64,000 nucleotides of DNA from Selaginella moellendorffii (GCF_000143415.4 NW_003314266.1:1-64000); one strand, 5' to 3'. Numbered from the stretch's first letter, positions 49,310 to 64,000 are shown. Made by a program: numbers and translations. The notes: generated by a model from the letters alone, not told the origin.

Positions 49310-52300
49310 TGTAGCGCACTTGAATTTGGAGCCGAACTCCAAGCCCATTGTGCTACGAAACGAGGGTTCAGTACAATCCCACGAGCACCAGCTCCCCATA
49401 TCTAGCACCTACACGCAAAATGGTGTTAGACGGAGTCTGGTACAATTTTGGCATACCGGTGGCCTAACGCGAGGAGGAGGGTACCCCACTGACTAGAGCA
49501 GCGTGGAGCTTAGTCTTAAACTCAAGCCGGATGCAAAACCAGGAGTGACACAGCCCAACAGGAGCCAAACTAATATCTCAGGTGGTCGGACATGCATTCC
49601 AACCACTATCCCTACTATACATTTGGAACCCCCCACAACACCCCCCCCCCCCCCCGTTCCCTTGAGGAACACACGCTTTGGGCTTTCACCCCAAGCCTCC
49701 CTTAGTATTAGAAGTTAGTCTCTATGACAAGTTTGAAACTTACTAAATATGGAATGACACTAGATTGCGAATTTGGACACGGGATGAACACCATTGTGTT
49801 CAGGCCAATCTCTACATTCCGTAAATATGCCAAATGAGCGAATTTAGACACTTTCCATAATTAGCATTTGGGACCGAAATAAAACCAACACTAAGGGCAT
49901 GATAGCGAAAGTGTTTGGCAGATACGGTAAACTATCATTCAGCGATATTGAGGGATTAGTCTCAATACGCGGGGGTTCTTGATACTAGCAAGTGCAAGCC
50001 AATGACAAGAGTTTCTCAAACCAGGCCGAGTATGCTCAACAAAAAACACATAGGGTTCCTACCTTATGTTTATCCGATTTAAGTACATGGTCATTGACCA
50101 ATTTCTCAACTAACTCAAGTGGGAACAATAAAGGGAACCAACTATACCAACCTTTTGTCATCATGGTAGTAAAAAAAGAGTGTCTGTAAGGATTGACTGA
50201 CAAGTACATTTGCGACACTCTCCCCCCCTTGGGGAAGATCGACGTCCTCATCGATGCATGCCCGAGTTTAGCAAACCGTCAAGGAAACAACTCCAAAAGT
50301 TACCGGAAAGCACACTATGTGGGAAATGCATTAACTTAAATGAGTTATGGAACGACCTCTCCTCTACGTCCAAAGACGTTAAGACTTAGACACCCTCCGG
50401 CTATCACCGACAAGGAAATGACCAACAGAGTTAGCCACCCTTGTTGCTCCGAGTACCACTCGGATTACAAAGGAATGATACATCCCTACCCGTAGGGACA
50501 TAGGGAGAAGGCCAAAGGCCTAACTTCCCCTGAGCAAGAAATCAACCCCGTCAGGAAGATTTAGACAACTATTATAAACTGGCAGATTAAGTTGTTTACA
50601 CGACCACACCCCTTTGCAAAACTGAGTCATCGAGAGAGAGGTGGGGACTTATGATCAGTCTATAATAGTTATCCCCATGGTTATGGATTGAACCCATTCA
50701 CTGAAGTGCCGAAGTCAGCCTGCCAAAACTGACCCAAGTACTAATGAACGAGAGGAACAACACTTTGATTTATAGAAATATATTACTTTATTAATTTGCA
50801 AGATTTATTACAAAGTTTACAAAAGCTAGTCTTTATTACTATTCTCATACTCCGTGACAAGCTCATGAGCATGTGTAAGATTCCTAAGAGGTTCCTAAGT
50901 TGATTCACAAGTTGGGGAACCTTTCCACTTAACTAGATATTCCTTGGAATGACCACCACAAGCTTTGCAAGATAAGAGAATCGTCTCGACCTCATACTCC
51001 ATGTCACTATTGACAACTTCCAGAGGGGGACGAATGTCCACAGAGTGATCTGCATCAACACGATATGGTGCCAATAAACTGACATGAAACACATCATGGA
51101 CATGGAACAACTCATCCAGAAGATCCAACTTATAGGATACATCACCAACTCGCTTCACCACCTGATAGGGTCCAACATATCTTGGCAACAGCTTCCGAGA
51201 AAACATCCCTTAATGTTCAAGTTCCAAGAAGATAGCCACACCTGATCTCCCACTTGATAGGATACATCCCAACAATGTTGATCTTTATCATGTCGATACC
51301 TATCTTAAGCTTTGCCCATCGCCTTAGTAGCCCTCAACCAAACTTGGCGTAGCTACTCCGCATAAGTCTCAACAGCCGGGACCAACACTTCGGACATTGG
51401 TTTCGGTACAACAATCTGTTGAGGAACCCCATGAACATTCCCTTGCAGCATCTCCCATGGAGAACAGCTTATAGCGCTGTGAAATATGTTGTTATAACAA
51501 ATTTCTGTTGTGTCTAAATGCTCATGTTGGTCCGCCGTGACATAGTACCGCAGATAATCCTCAACTTGAGCATTCACGTGTTCAGTCTGCCCATCAGTTT
51601 GAGGATGATAAGCCATACTAAACTTCAATTTAGTACCAAATAGCTGGAACATTGTGCCCCAAAACTTCCCCATAAACCTCGAATCTCTATCCGAGATCAT
51701 CTCTTCAGGAAGACCACGAACCCGCACTACTTCATGGAAAAAGAGCTTTGCTACTTGTTTCGCATTTACTGTTCCCACAGTTGGAATGAAGTGTGCAATC
51801 TTTAACAACCAATCCACAATCACCATCAAAGTATCATAACCCTTCGACTTCGGCAAGCAAGTGACGAAATCAACTATCACACTCTGAAATGGCCATGCCG
51901 GTGCTGGAATGCATTGCAACTTTCCAACCTGCTTCTCAGTTCTACGCTTACATTGCTGGCATATAGGGTAGGAACAGATATAGTCCGCTACATCACCTTC
52001 CATACCAGACCAAAAAAATCCCTTTTTCAATGAAGTTAGAGTCTTCCGCTTTCCACCATGTCCCGTTGCTGGAACATCATGATGTTCCCGTAAAAATAAC
52101 TACTGCAAATCCTTAGAGGGAAGATACAATCTTTCTTGTTTATAGAATATAAGCCCATCCCAAACTGAGAAGTGAAGCTTTGTATTGGTGCGGTTAGCAA
52201 CTTTCGCTGCTTCGCTACCAGGGTTCTACTTCAACAACCCTGCACGGCGTAAGATTGCTTTTGCCAATGGATCACTTCCATACGAAGCCCAAACATCCTC

Positions 52301-55186
52301 TAACTAGTCCGAACTGATTGCAATATTGCCCGGAACTAAGCTTGATGATTCAATGCATCCGGAACAATATTATCTTTACTAGGTTTATATATAATTTCAA
52401 TATCATATCTAGCAAGCTTCTCTTGCCATTGAGCCTGCTTCAGAGTAAGCTTAGGCTGCGTAGTAAAGTAGCTCAGTGTGTTACTATTTGTATAAACCTT
52501 GGTGTGTCCACCCAAGTAGTGTCTCCAGTGTTCCAGGGCCGACACTATAGCAAACATCTCTTTCTCATGTGTTGGCCATCTTCATTGAGTTTCATCCAAT
52601 TTCTTGGAATAGAACGCAACGGGATAACCATGTCGCCTTAGCATAACACCAACCGCTTTGTCACAATCTTGCTGCAACACGACACCAATAGCATAGCCAA
52701 ATGCATCACAATGCACTTCGAAGGGTTTATCAAGATCTGGGATCCTTAAACAAGAACTGTAGCCAATATCTCCTTCAATTGTACAAAAGCATGTTGACAA
52801 TCTGGTATCTAATGAAACGGAATACTACTCTTCGTCAACTCAATCAATGGAAGAGCAATTCTTGCAAAATTGCAGACAAAATTACAATAGTATCCCGCCA
52901 AACTGAGAAAGGAATGAACATCTGATACAGTGGTCGGAACTTCCCAAGATTTCACTGCTTCCACCTTCTTTGGATCGACCTCAATTACACCACCACCAAC
53001 TATATGTATGAGAAAGTTTACACGTAATTGTCCAAAAGTGCATTTACTTTCCTTAGCATACAATTTGTGTTCGCGCAACTTCTGAAACACCAGCTCCAAG
53101 TGTTTCAAATGATCCTCCAACGTTTCACTGAAGACTAGAACATTGTCGATATATAGGACAACAAATATGTCTAAATAATCTCCGAATATTCTATCCATCA
53201 TAGTGCTAAATGTTGCCAGAGCATTGCATAACTTGAACGGCATGATAAGGAACTCATAAGATCTGTACCGAGTCTTAAAGCTGCCTTCTCCACATCCTGA
53301 TCTACCACCAGTATCTGATGATACCCGGACCGCAAATCAAGTCACGTAAAATACTTAGCCTTTAAGAGTTGGTCAAACAAGTCATCAATGCGAGGCAAAT
53401 GATAACTATTTTTTACTGTGATTTTGTTGAATGCCTAATAGTCGATACACATCCTCATGGTTCCATCCTTTTTCATAACAAAAAGGACTAGCGCTCCATA
53501 AAGTGACTTGCTTTGTTAGATATAGCCTTTGTCAAGAAGCTCCATGAGTTGCTTCTTGAGTTCAGCCATCTCCTTGATGTTCAACCGATATGGAACTTTC
53601 GTAGGTGGTTTAGAACCCGGAATAACCTCAATTCAATGATCAACCTCACGGCTAGGAGGTAGCCCTAGTGGCAAATCCTTCAGGAAGATATCTTGATTCC
53701 TCGCCAACAACTCCAATATCTTCTTTGGTACAGGATTAACCCTGTCACCGATTCAAACTAAGTCACCAACACACTTAGCTTCCATCACTTGAACCCAAAA
53801 GGTCTGACGTCCCCTCTTAGCTGTTTTTTGAGTGGCCCTCATAATCAAGAACTTAGCATCCCAATCCTTTGAGGAGCACTTTGCAATTAGAAGGACACAT
53901 TAGGATATCCTTCTGACTTCAACGTGGTATGACTTTGTCCAACACCATAAATCCCTCTTATATATTTGTTGAAGAAGTCCATACCAAACACCATTTGAAA
54001 ATCTAGTATCTTCAACATTACCAAGTCCACTATTACTTTCCACTTGGATATTTTTATTGGAACATCACTCACAAATTTTCTGGCTACTTGCCCACCTTCC
54101 GCAAACCGAAAGTGCATAGGCGACATTTGCTCAGCATTCAATCCTAACAACTTAAAACTAAATCTTCAGATATCACACTGTGCGTAGCTCTCGTGTCAAT
54201 CATCACTCGGATTCAGTGTCCGCAGACAAAGCTTACCAGATACATCAACGGATCAGTGTTTACATTAACTGCAAGAAAAGCTTGAGGAAAGCAACAAAAG
54301 TAACTCACCTGCTCTTCCTCATAGTTTGCATTGACCAACTCGTCAGCCCTTTCAGCTTCGCCACCACCATCTTCCCTTATGACATTAACTTGAGACCTTG
54401 TCTTATGCTTATTAGGGCATTCTGAGGACCTATGTCCTGACTCTCCACAATGGAAGCAATTACCCACACTACTTGTTCCGCTAGGAGCAAGTTTTGCATG
54501 TTGCTACTACTTGTACCCACCAGGAGGAGGAACAAAGGGCCTAGGACCAAAAGAAGCTGTTGGTGGTCTCCAACCACCACCACCTTTGTTAACCATTGCT
54601 TGTGAGCTTCTAGAGCGGAACTTGCCTTCCACCCTTTGTTTCCAATCACCTTGTTTATTTCCAAAATTCTTATTCTTATCCGAGTTACCAGCATACGGTT
54701 GTTGATATTGTTCCATGAGCAAGTGACTAGTGTAGTGCACCTGAATTTGGAGCCGAATTCTAAGCCCGTTGCGCTACAAAACAAGGGTCCGGTACAATCC
54801 CACAAATGCCAACTCCCTGTATCCAGCACTTGCATGCAAAATGGTGTCAGATGGAGTCTAGTACAATTTTGGCATACCGGTGGTCTAACACAAGGAAGAG
54901 GGTACCCCACCGACTAGAGCAGCATGGAGCTTAGGCTTAGACCCAAGCCGAACGCAAAACAAGGAGTGGTACAGCCAGCGGGAGCCAAACTAATGTCTCA
55001 GATGGTCGGACATGCATTCCAACCACTATCCCTACTATACATTTGGAACCCCCCAGTTTCTCAACCATTGGGAATAATAAAGGGAACCAACTGTACCAAC
55101 CTTCTACTGTCATGGTAGTAAGGAAAGAATGTCCATAAGGCTTGGCCGACAAGTATCTTTCGATACCCAAAGTCACATTCACGACA
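49310..55186 (-). mobile_element. Chromovirus-type Ty3/Gypsy retrotransposon, degenerate, 5' gag missing
   Basis: 3' LTR 49310-50217 plus PPT; chromodomain (YEVETIL...YLVKWKG) in 50895-51206; integrase 51353-52030 (YHPQTDGQTE); RNase H/RT 52336-53480; LTR 54731-55186 abuts mid-gag. Confidence 0.93.
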
Positions 55187-57309
55187 ACAATAGAGAGATA
55201 AAAGTGATGGAAATAGAAGCAAAAACAAAAGGACAAAATGAAATAAAAGTGAGAGGAATGGAAGAATTATGAAATAAAGGGTTAAAGCTTTAAAGTTACT
55301 CTTCAAATAATCGCACTATAAGTAATCTATACCAAGGATGAGGTTAAGCTTAATTTAGCACCACTTGTAATAATTAAAACTTAAGATTGAGAACACCTAT
55401 ATGCACAACTAAGTCTACCTCATCTTATGCATATATATGTGTATGGGCATTGTTATAAAGAATGAAAATTAGTTCTACTATATAACACAACTATAAATGG
55501 CAATATGTGGCAACAGACTGAGTGATAGAAGATAAACTTAAACCTATATCAACCAATATAAAGAGGATAATATAGGATTTTTTATTATAAAAACAAGCTT
55601 TGGAAGTAAACATTGGATGAATTAGCGCCATATGAACCCTTTAATGGTACTTTTAAAAGATGAATAGAAGGGTCATTAACTTATTTGGGCAAAGACCCTC
55701 CACTACTTATGTAACTCTTTATTTCTTAAAAGAATTTTTATGTCCAAACCTTCCACCACTACAACACCAACAAGACATTATTGATGCTAAGGCCTTCACT
55801 TAGGAAATAGAGGATGTTAATCTAGAAAATGCCAACAATGTTGATATACATAACTAACTTCATTACACATTTAGTAGTGAACATCATGGCCACAACTATG
55901 TCATCACCTCACAAGCAATAGTAGCATCAACCTTCATCAGAACAGGATTATCTCATATATAAAGTAAAGATAAAAAATGTGCAATGACAAGTGGGAGAAA
56001 TGATTTCTCATAATATTATGTTAAGTGAAGAGTATCATTAAGGGTGGCTAGGGCAAATGCATACACAAGTCTTACAAGATCTTGATAAATCATTAACTAC
56101 AACATTTCTAACTTGATTTGCTTATACATTTGGCTTTATATGGAGCAAAAAGCTTTAGAAACAATACCAAATTGCATAACTAATTCAGACAACCCCTTGA
56201 CAAAGATGATACAATTGCTAGAAGGAATCATTATAATTTTCAATATGTTCAAATGCATGCTTGAAGATATCTAGGAGAAAGCTCCAATCCACATGAGTGC
56301 ATATACTCAAATTATTATATTATTGCAATGCTATCCCTTGGAGATATATGGGAAATTTGCACAGATATCGACATCATCCCAAAGATAATAAGTAGTAATC
56401 ACCGTAAAGTGATCAAATTAATGGTATATATCATCCTTAGAATTCCACAAAAGAACTCTAGTCAAACACAAGGATTAGCAACAAAAGTAGAATAAATTGC
56501 ACCACATGCCTTGAATGTTATTATCAACTGAGTTTGATTGTTTCACTATAACCACATAACATTAAGCAATTGCATCTAAAGTCAAAGGAGGAGGAGGCTA
56601 TTACTCTATCATGAAGTCAAAATAAACCCTAAACAAAAATGAAAAACACATAAAAAAGAAATGGAAAAAGTTACAAAAATAAGAGAGACTTAGATAATGC
56701 AAAAATTAAATATAAACTAAAAGTATAAATCTAAGCACTCCTTAAGCACAATTATAATTACATCTACACCAATGTGAGTGCATTGAATTTAGATATATGC
56801 ATATTCAATTAGGCTAAAAACTCTAGTTTATATATAAGAGCAAGTGGTCCAAAATGAAATCAATATAATAATTACCAAAATTCCACTACACTAATAATGG
56901 TAGATATACCGTTAAAGCATAGCTTAAAGTAAGAAACTTACCCACTCACAAAGAAGCTTTTGAAATAGCTTGGTCATGGTTTGAGTGGTGAGGAACCTTA
57001 AAGAAGTTATTGTATTTTTTAAAATTTTATATATATATCAGTATTATTAGTCTAGTATATATAAATATCTTTTAGAGTTTGAAGAAGGTACATTTTTTCA
57101 AGCATTATTTATCTTGAAAAAAAAAAACTCGGGAGAGTCAGGATGGCTAGACCAAGGAGAAACATGTTGCCTGATTAAAAACTCATTGGACATCGACAAA
57201 GCCGTGCACAGCAGGAGCAATACACAGGAGATGGACAAGCAGCGCAAATCCACTATGGCATGCTTCGTACGTGAACATCCACTTATCCACATACGAAGGC
57301 AGTAGCTTC

Positions 57310-58268
57310 TCATCCTATCAAAATAAACCATGCGAAGCTTGCCCGGACTAGTGGCTTACCTCTCGGTTTATGAAACGCGTAGACATGCACGAAGTTGTGA
57401 CCAGCCACGACACCAAAGGCCAGTTGCCTGCGGGGCTGGGACGAGAACATCTCCCTCACACCAAGAATCATCCTTCCCACTGCCCAGCCATAGTGAATTT
57501 CCTCGCTCGAAACTTGCAGCATCCACACCACCTTAGACCAATCCAGGGTGTCGTCACTAACGTCGACAGGAGAAGAACCTTGCACGAAGTAGAAGCTCCC
57601 AGTGAAGCAGTTGCTGGAGATCATATGGTTCTCGACAGGTGCTTCCCGGATGATTATGTTGAGCAGGGCACGGAACCCATACATGACTGCCACTTCCTCC
57701 TGCTTGAACAGATTGGTGACGAGCGCTTCTTCTTCTGGATCCTCAAAGCCTCCCAACGCCAAGTGCCACCAAGAATCCCAGTTCGCCATCGCAGCCTGCA
57801 GCTTTAGCTGCAGCTCAGTGCTAACACCCAGAGAGGTGGAAAAGAGTCCGTCCTCAAATTTTGCATCCTCGATGTTCAAGTCCAAGGCTGCACAATCCAG
57901 CCCTGCCTCGCGCACCTCCTTTGGCATACCTGTGCCAGGAATATCATATCATCACAAGGAAAGGCTGGAAGATCATAATATATGATCATATGAACACTAG
58001 AACGTTTACTTGGATCGACTACACCCTTGCCCACAAGGCCCTTGGCAATCCATTGTGGCACACCCCAATCAACAAGACGCCCAGTGTAGACCCTTTGATC
58101 TCTAAAGTCCGCTGCTTTGCAAATGCCCTTGCTCACCAGCAAATCCGCCACCCTCTCCTTGTCCGAGCTAGGTAGCGATGGAAACACTCTTTCTAAAAGT
58201 TGGCGCACCGGTGTGACCTTTGGAATGCGTTTGCGCTGGAGAGCCTCCCACATCTCCCTCGTCGCCAT
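57310..58268 (-). CDS. Uncharacterised protein, two exons (intron 57930-58009), ~292 aa
   Basis: ORFs 57876-58268 and 57310-57927 join in frame across an 80-nt GT-AG intron. Confidence 0.6.
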
Positions 58269-58406
58269 AAGCCAATCGCGCTAGAAATCGTGTTTAGCCA
58301 AAAGCTAACCTAGGATTGAACCCAAGACCTCTCCACAGAGTTATATAGTTTGTACGGCCATTTTCTCCGTACCCCATAGTCTTTGTGCAAGGTTTTACAG
58401 CGCGCA

Positions 58407-61400
58407 ATGGAGGCGCTCCAAGGCGCAGCGATCGGGAATGCGTTGCCGCTCGGCGATCCTTCACTCTCAGAAATCCAGGTACTGGATCGCCTTAGGTTTC
58501 TCTTTGCCCTGTGCTCAGCTTGGATCCGACCGCTAGAAAATGGAGAGCGAGAGGAGATTGTGCGGCATTTGCGACGCCATTGTCGTGGAAAGGGGTTTGC
58601 TCGACTGCTGCGACCATATGTGAGTGCCGGTTTCTAAGCTTGCGACTTTAACTCTTCTTCTTCTTCGTCTTCTTCTTCCAGGTTTTGTTTCTCGTGTATC
58701 GAGGACTGGGCTACCGTGACGAATCTATGTCCAATGTGCAAGGCACAGTTCAAGTTCTTGACGTTCTTGGCGACTGTAAGTCTTGTTTTTTTTTTTCTTC
58801 TTGCTTTTCTCGCCGCAGCTATCTAACTAGAGCTCATGCTTAGAAATGTCAAGAATGACGAAGCGATTCAAGGAAGGAATGAGAATTCTTTCGTTGAAAC
58901 AAGGTACTGGATCGATCGACCTCGCATACTGTGTGTGCTGCTCCTGATCATCGTGCTGTAGGGTGGCTGAAGAAGCCTTCTCTTATTTTATTGATGAGGA
59001 GGTACCTTGTTCTTGGGTTTGGAGTGTTAAGATTGACACGGCTGATTCTTCCAGGCTATCGCGTGCCTTGATGGCGATGACTGCAAGCTCCGCATGCAAG
59101 CACTTCAAACAGCGTTCGTGGATACATCCGTGGCTTGTGATAAATGCGATCGCTGGTATGAAAGTCTCTGTTACTACCTAGCTGCTTTAATAATCTCGCT
59201 CGTGAAATCTTCAGGTACCATGCTTGCTGTGTTGGCTTTGATCCTGGGAAACCAAACGAGCGAACCTGGCTCTGTCCAAGGTACAATATCTGGGTTTGGA
59301 CTGGTTGCTGATTGCGTCGCCAGGTGTGCTCTCCCTAACGAAGCCGTGGCTGACGAGCAAAAGGAAACTGTTACGGAGAAAAGTGCTAAACATGAAGAGG
59401 TTGCTGCGTCGATGAGCTTCGCTTTCATGGAAACAGGAGAGTCGGCTATTGTGATATCCATGGTTGGCGGGAAGGAAGGCAATGCGCAAGCGGAGCCTAG
59501 TAGTTTACCACCTTCGTCATCGCTTCCAGAGCCCCAGGAACACACAAGCCTTGACAAGCTTCTTGAAGATTTGGGCAAGCAAAATGCATCTGTTCATAAC
59601 GACGAAGAGGGGCAAGAGCTTGAGGAGTTCGAAGAGGAACAAGAGTTTAAGCACGACGAGAAAGACGTAGAAGAGGAGTTTGGAAACTTCGGAGAGGAAC
59701 AGCAGCTGGAAGATTTCGGTTTTGAAGATGCTGAGGAAGAGCAAGAGCTGGACTTTGTGGAAGAGCAACAACAGGGACAGGAGGTAGAAGATTCTGAACA
59801 GAGAGACGAAGAACCTTGTCAAGATTTTCAGGTGGAGCCTCAGGTTTCGATTGACAGAGAAGACGTCGGACAGGAGTTGGCTGGGCCAGCCACGGACTTT
59901 GTTCCATCCGAGACTCTTCAAAACGTGACATCAGAAGCCGACGTCGAGATGAAAATCGAAGAACTCGTCAGTGATGATGACTCCGACGTTAAACTCAGGT
60001 AAGAACTATTTTTTCATTCACAAACTTTGACACTGAAGGACGTACAGGCATCAGGTTGTCAAAGGTCGCGCTGTAGCGGAGGATTCTTCAGAAAAGCAAA
60101 ACCAGACAGATGGGAAAGGCGTGAGAACCAGAATTATAATGAGGAGGGATGTAGACGACCAATCTCTTGCTGAAAAAATTCGCCGGCAAGTTGTAGAAGC
60201 GGCTGGTGGCGATGGAGCACAAGTATCCAACGAAAATCTATTGGCTGCTTACAAGGCAGCAATCGTCAAACGGGATGGACCAAAGCAGAAAAAGGCGGTC
60301 GACACTGCCAGGAAAAACTTGAAGAGAAAGCTATATGGTGGTATACGTGGTCGCCAGGTTTATGATAGGGACTGGGACGTCGCATTTTGGAGGGACAAGG
60401 TCCTGGGTGACAAGCGAAGAAAACCGGAACAAGAAGAGGCAGAGAACACCGAGTCTACTCCTCAGCAACCTGATTCGATACTTGACAGGCTCTGCTTTGC
60501 CGACTGCTCATTGCTTCCGAAGAAGGAGGGCTTCCGGCCTCCGCCAGTGACCGAAGACAAGCCAAGGCCGAAGCCGACCTTACACCAAGCTTCCAAAACG
60601 TTGGAAGTGAAAACTGAGGTGCCGGCCGATGGAAATGCTGAGAAGGACAAGAAACAATGGGCGCTTGAGCTTTTGGCGAGGAAGAACAAGCAGCAAGTCC
60701 GGTCCACTCATGATACATTGAAGGGAAACTTCGTGCATCTGGTAAAAAAATCTAAATGAGACTCTTTGATGTTCTAACGTGTGTTCTCTGGCAGCCAAAA
60801 CTTCCTATCGACATGAGACCATCTATAGAGCCTAATCCTCGAAGCAAAATTCCGAGTGCTGTTAGACAGGTGAGGTCCCCTACTCTTCTTTTCTCTAAAA
60901 CATTTTCCCGTTATTTTCAGATTCAGCTGAACCGGTTAACGGACCACTACTTGAAGAAGGTCAAGATTGGAAGAAATCAAGCTTCCGAGGATGCAGTGAA
61001 CGCTGCGCTTTCGAAGGAAGCTGAGATCTTTTTAAGATCGAACAGTAAAGGCGTCTATGTCAATCTCTGTGCAAGGGCTTTGGCTCAAGGAGACGCTCCA
61101 CCAGCTAAGGCCAACGTCGAGACGAACAAGGATGTTGTTGCTGAAGCCTTGGTGGCGGCCGGTTTGGTTTCAGATTCTCCTCCCGGAAGTCCTCTCCCTC
61201 AAGAAGAAGCGGCTGCTCAACCGGCTGCTCAACCGGCTGCTGATGTTATTGAAGCTCCAGAGGCACAAGAACCATCTCGGGGTACCGAGGTTTTAACGAA
61301 TCCAGGGTCGGGGAAGCAGGGAATAACTGCGTTACTCGAGCATCTCAGGAAAGAAGAGGAACCAGAATTACCGGGACTGGAACCAGTTTGTACTCCTTCA

Positions 61401-62407
61401 GGTAAACTCTTGGCTCGAAGTTGTGCAATTTACTCAAGCATGATTCGCAGAATCCAAACAAGAACAAGCGGATGTCAAAAGCGAAAGCTTACACGTTCCG
61501 GAAGGTGGCTCAAATGCAGCTGACGAAAGTGACTCAAATGCAACGGATGCTACTGTGTCTGCGAAACAGGAAGATACTACAGCTCTGACAAACGAAGAAA
61601 CAGTCAAAGAAAAGGAGGAGGAGAAACAGAAGCCGTGCAAAGTTGCAGGTAATCGTGTTGAATCGTATGCTTTCTTTAATACCTCGTCAACATTGCAGAT
61701 AGCGAAAAAGATATTGAGAAGACCGTTGATCACAAGGAAGGTGTCAAGAACCAAGAAAATGCGAAAGTTGAGGCCATAAAACCCGAGCAAGACCCTACAG
61801 CCACCAAAGCTCACGTGGACAGGCGCACGGACAGAAGCTCGAGAAAACACCCGAGGGATCCCGCCAGGCCGGACAGGCATGCGGCGAGGAAGAAGGAGAA
61901 AGTCGGCCCCGAGGACCCGATGAGCGACGAAAAATTCTCGGAGCTGGACAGCCGCATCGACCGAGTCAGGAACAGCATCGCGCAGCAGTTCGGCGAGAAC
62001 AGCGACATCGCCCAACAGATACGTGAGAGCTCCGGGAGCCAAGCTCCAAAGCCTCGAAAGCCAACGCCGGATCATCCTCGAAAGCACCAGAGATCGTCTC
62101 CATCCGTGCAAGAACAGGTTTTTTCGTGCATTTTTCTTTGGTTTTTCGTGCTTGTGTTTTGATCGTTTGTTGGCGTGATCATCAGGTGGAAATGTATGTC
62201 AAGGAACACATAAGACCACTGTACAAGAGTGGTGTGATCATGGCCGAGCAATACCAGTGGACTGTGAGCAAGACTACTGCCAAAGTTATGCAGCATCACA
62301 AGGACGCTCCCTCGGCGGAATTTCTCATAAGCGAAGGCGGAAGAGTGAAAAAATTGGCCGAGCAATACTTGCAAAGGTTTGCGCAAGAGAAGAAGGAATC
62401 AAAGTAA
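58407..62407 (+). CDS. RING and PHD finger protein, At4g10930/PHRF1-like, multi-exon
   Basis: [43 protein letters not shown]; [20 protein letters not shown]...WLCPRC; C-terminus [18 protein letters not shown]...VKKLAEQYL; short GT-AG introns. Confidence 0.85.
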
Positions 62408-62607
62408 TAAAAAAAGTATCGTCTTTTTGGCCACGTTGAAGATACGTTCCTCGTGACAATATAGACGTGGCAGGATCGACTTGCATAGGTTAGGGTTTAT
62501 CTTTGTTTGGAGGGGAAGAATCGATCGATCGATAGCGGAGATTTGCGAAGGTAATTTCTTGCATCGCGCTTCGCGATTTGTGAGTGATCGGTGCTCTCTC
62601 TCACAGC

Positions 62608-63173
62608 ATGGCGGCGTCTTTGATTGCATGCGTTCCAGTGACGATCCCACGGCAATGTAGCGGATTTGGCAGCAGCTCCTCCTCCCTGGCAGCGTCGCCG
62701 CGCAATTGCAGCGTGAGATGTCGCGCTTCCTCGGAGAATGGATCCCACTTCGCCCAATTTCTCAACCTAGATGCTTTCGACAACGCTCTCCAGGTAAGAT
62801 TTTGGGCTTTGCTGGGATGTTCTTAACTGTTCTTCCGTGGTTTCCAAGGTTTTCCGCGATGAATCGAAGGGAATAGTTTGCTATCGGACCCCGACTGGAG
62901 AGATCACTTGCGAAGGCATCGACGAGGGTCCTCACTTCGAGCCTGCTGCCGACAATCAAAAGGGGTAAGGAAGGATCCTTTTTCTTGTCTTCCTTTCGTG
63001 TTCTTGGGATAGTTTTCATGGTTTTTCTCTTTGTTTCCGCAGACTTTTCCTTTCGCAGCTACTGTTTGTCAAAGGCGCTGAAGAACCACTCGTGAATGTA
63101 CGATTTTTCTTGATTTTTTGTTGCTGTGATGAATCGAATCTAACACTTTGGATGATAGGGAGCTGGAATTTAA
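62608..63173 (+). CDS. Small plant protein, probable plastid transit peptide
   Basis: Ser/Arg-rich N-terminus MAASLIAC...; motif IVCYRTPTGEITCEGIDEGPHF; three short GT-AG introns give a TAA at 63171-63173. Confidence 0.6.
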
Positions 63174-63765
63174 GTAAAGGACTATAGCGATGATATTGTT
63201 TCGTTAAAGTATGACTAAAGGATCACACCAGAGCGTGTTATGTTTCAAAGCAAAGCCTAAATGTGACGGGGGGAACCATGTAAATTCTCATACCCTATCA
63301 ATCTTTGTTGATATCACTCGATTATTAAATTACTGGAAAGATCCAACGGCCTGGATCGCGACTCGTTTGTGCGGTCCAGATCGTTTAGAACTTTAGCCGG
63401 CTTGGCCACGTGAAGGGCAGTCAGTTAGTTACTAGCGCCATCGCTCAAGAACCCTACCGCGCCCTCTCAGCGAAGCTGATGAGGGAATGGCGCCTCATGC
63501 CGCCGTGAGGGCGCCAAAGGAGCAATCGATCGGCATCGATCCATTCCGGTAATCAAAATTTGGCATCGCAATGCCGGATCCAAGGAAGCTGCCTTGGTGA
63601 TCTTCCCCTAGGGTTCTACGCATCGCGGGGGATGAGAATCACGATCTCGGTAAGCAAAATCTGGATTTCTTTTGTTCTTCGTCGATTCTCATCGAAGCCT
63701 TCGCTCCAGAGCGAAGAGATGAGGTGTGGAGCGTGAGATTTCGACTTGGCATTTGTTGATAGATC

Positions 63766-64000
63766 ATGGGAAGGTATCAGAGTCCGCTAGTGAAACACGA
63801 TCTTTCCCGGCTGGAGGACCCCGAGAGCCGGCACATCGCTCTCACGTCGCTCAAGAACTGCGTCAAGCAACTGGAAGCCGAGTGCCTCCCATTCTTCCTC
63901 GACCAGATCAGCGAAGCTCATCACGATATCTCTCGCCCCTACGTTATCTCCCTCTACGAGGACATAGCACGGACACACCAAACGCTGCTGGTACCTTACA
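63766..64000 (+). CDS. SINE1: SINE1/SINE2-like ARM-repeat nuclear envelope protein, 5' partial
   Basis: MGRYQSPLVKHDLSRLEDPESRHIALTSLKNCVKQLEAECLPFFLDQISE...YVISLYEDIARTH resembles the plant SINE1 N-terminus. Confidence 0.7.
   Translation, partial: MGRYQSPLVKHDLSRLEDPESRHIALTSLKNCVKQLEAECLPFFLDQISEAHHDISRPYVISLYEDIARTHQTLLVPY

Noticed and set aside
63488-63505. Palindrome-like TGGCGCCTCATGCC outside the transposon
   Set aside because: Wrong length and incomplete arms; probably chance.

Overview
Eukaryotic land-plant DNA. The very short GT-AG introns (about 47-80 nt) and compact genes suggest a lycophyte such as Selaginella, which is an inference. Positions 1 to ~57 kb are a nested transposon block: chromovirus-type Ty3/Gypsy copies, solo LTRs, TRIMs including a Cassandra-like one, a degenerate MULE, and one intact B-lectin ORF. 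Positions ~57.3-64 kb are compact host genes: an unknown gene, a RING/PHD protein of the At4g10930 type, a small putative plastid protein and a SINE1-like start. The standout is a 13,044-bp DNA transposon (28796-41839) with 24-bp TIRs and a 4-bp TSD. It carries a Sola-like DDD transposase head-to-head with a spliced cargo gene that appears to encode a ParB/Srx-like domain, a degenerate N4/N6 methyltransferase-like fold and an FCP1/NIF HAD phosphatase. About 20 copies of a 20-bp palindrome (TGGCRTGWGGCCWCAYGCCA) are scattered through the element, many in its introns, and the motif is retained in a 285-bp MITE derivative. Together these suggest a possible ParB/parS-like self-recognition or anti-silencing system. 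All domain calls are by eye and need HMM or structure confirmation.
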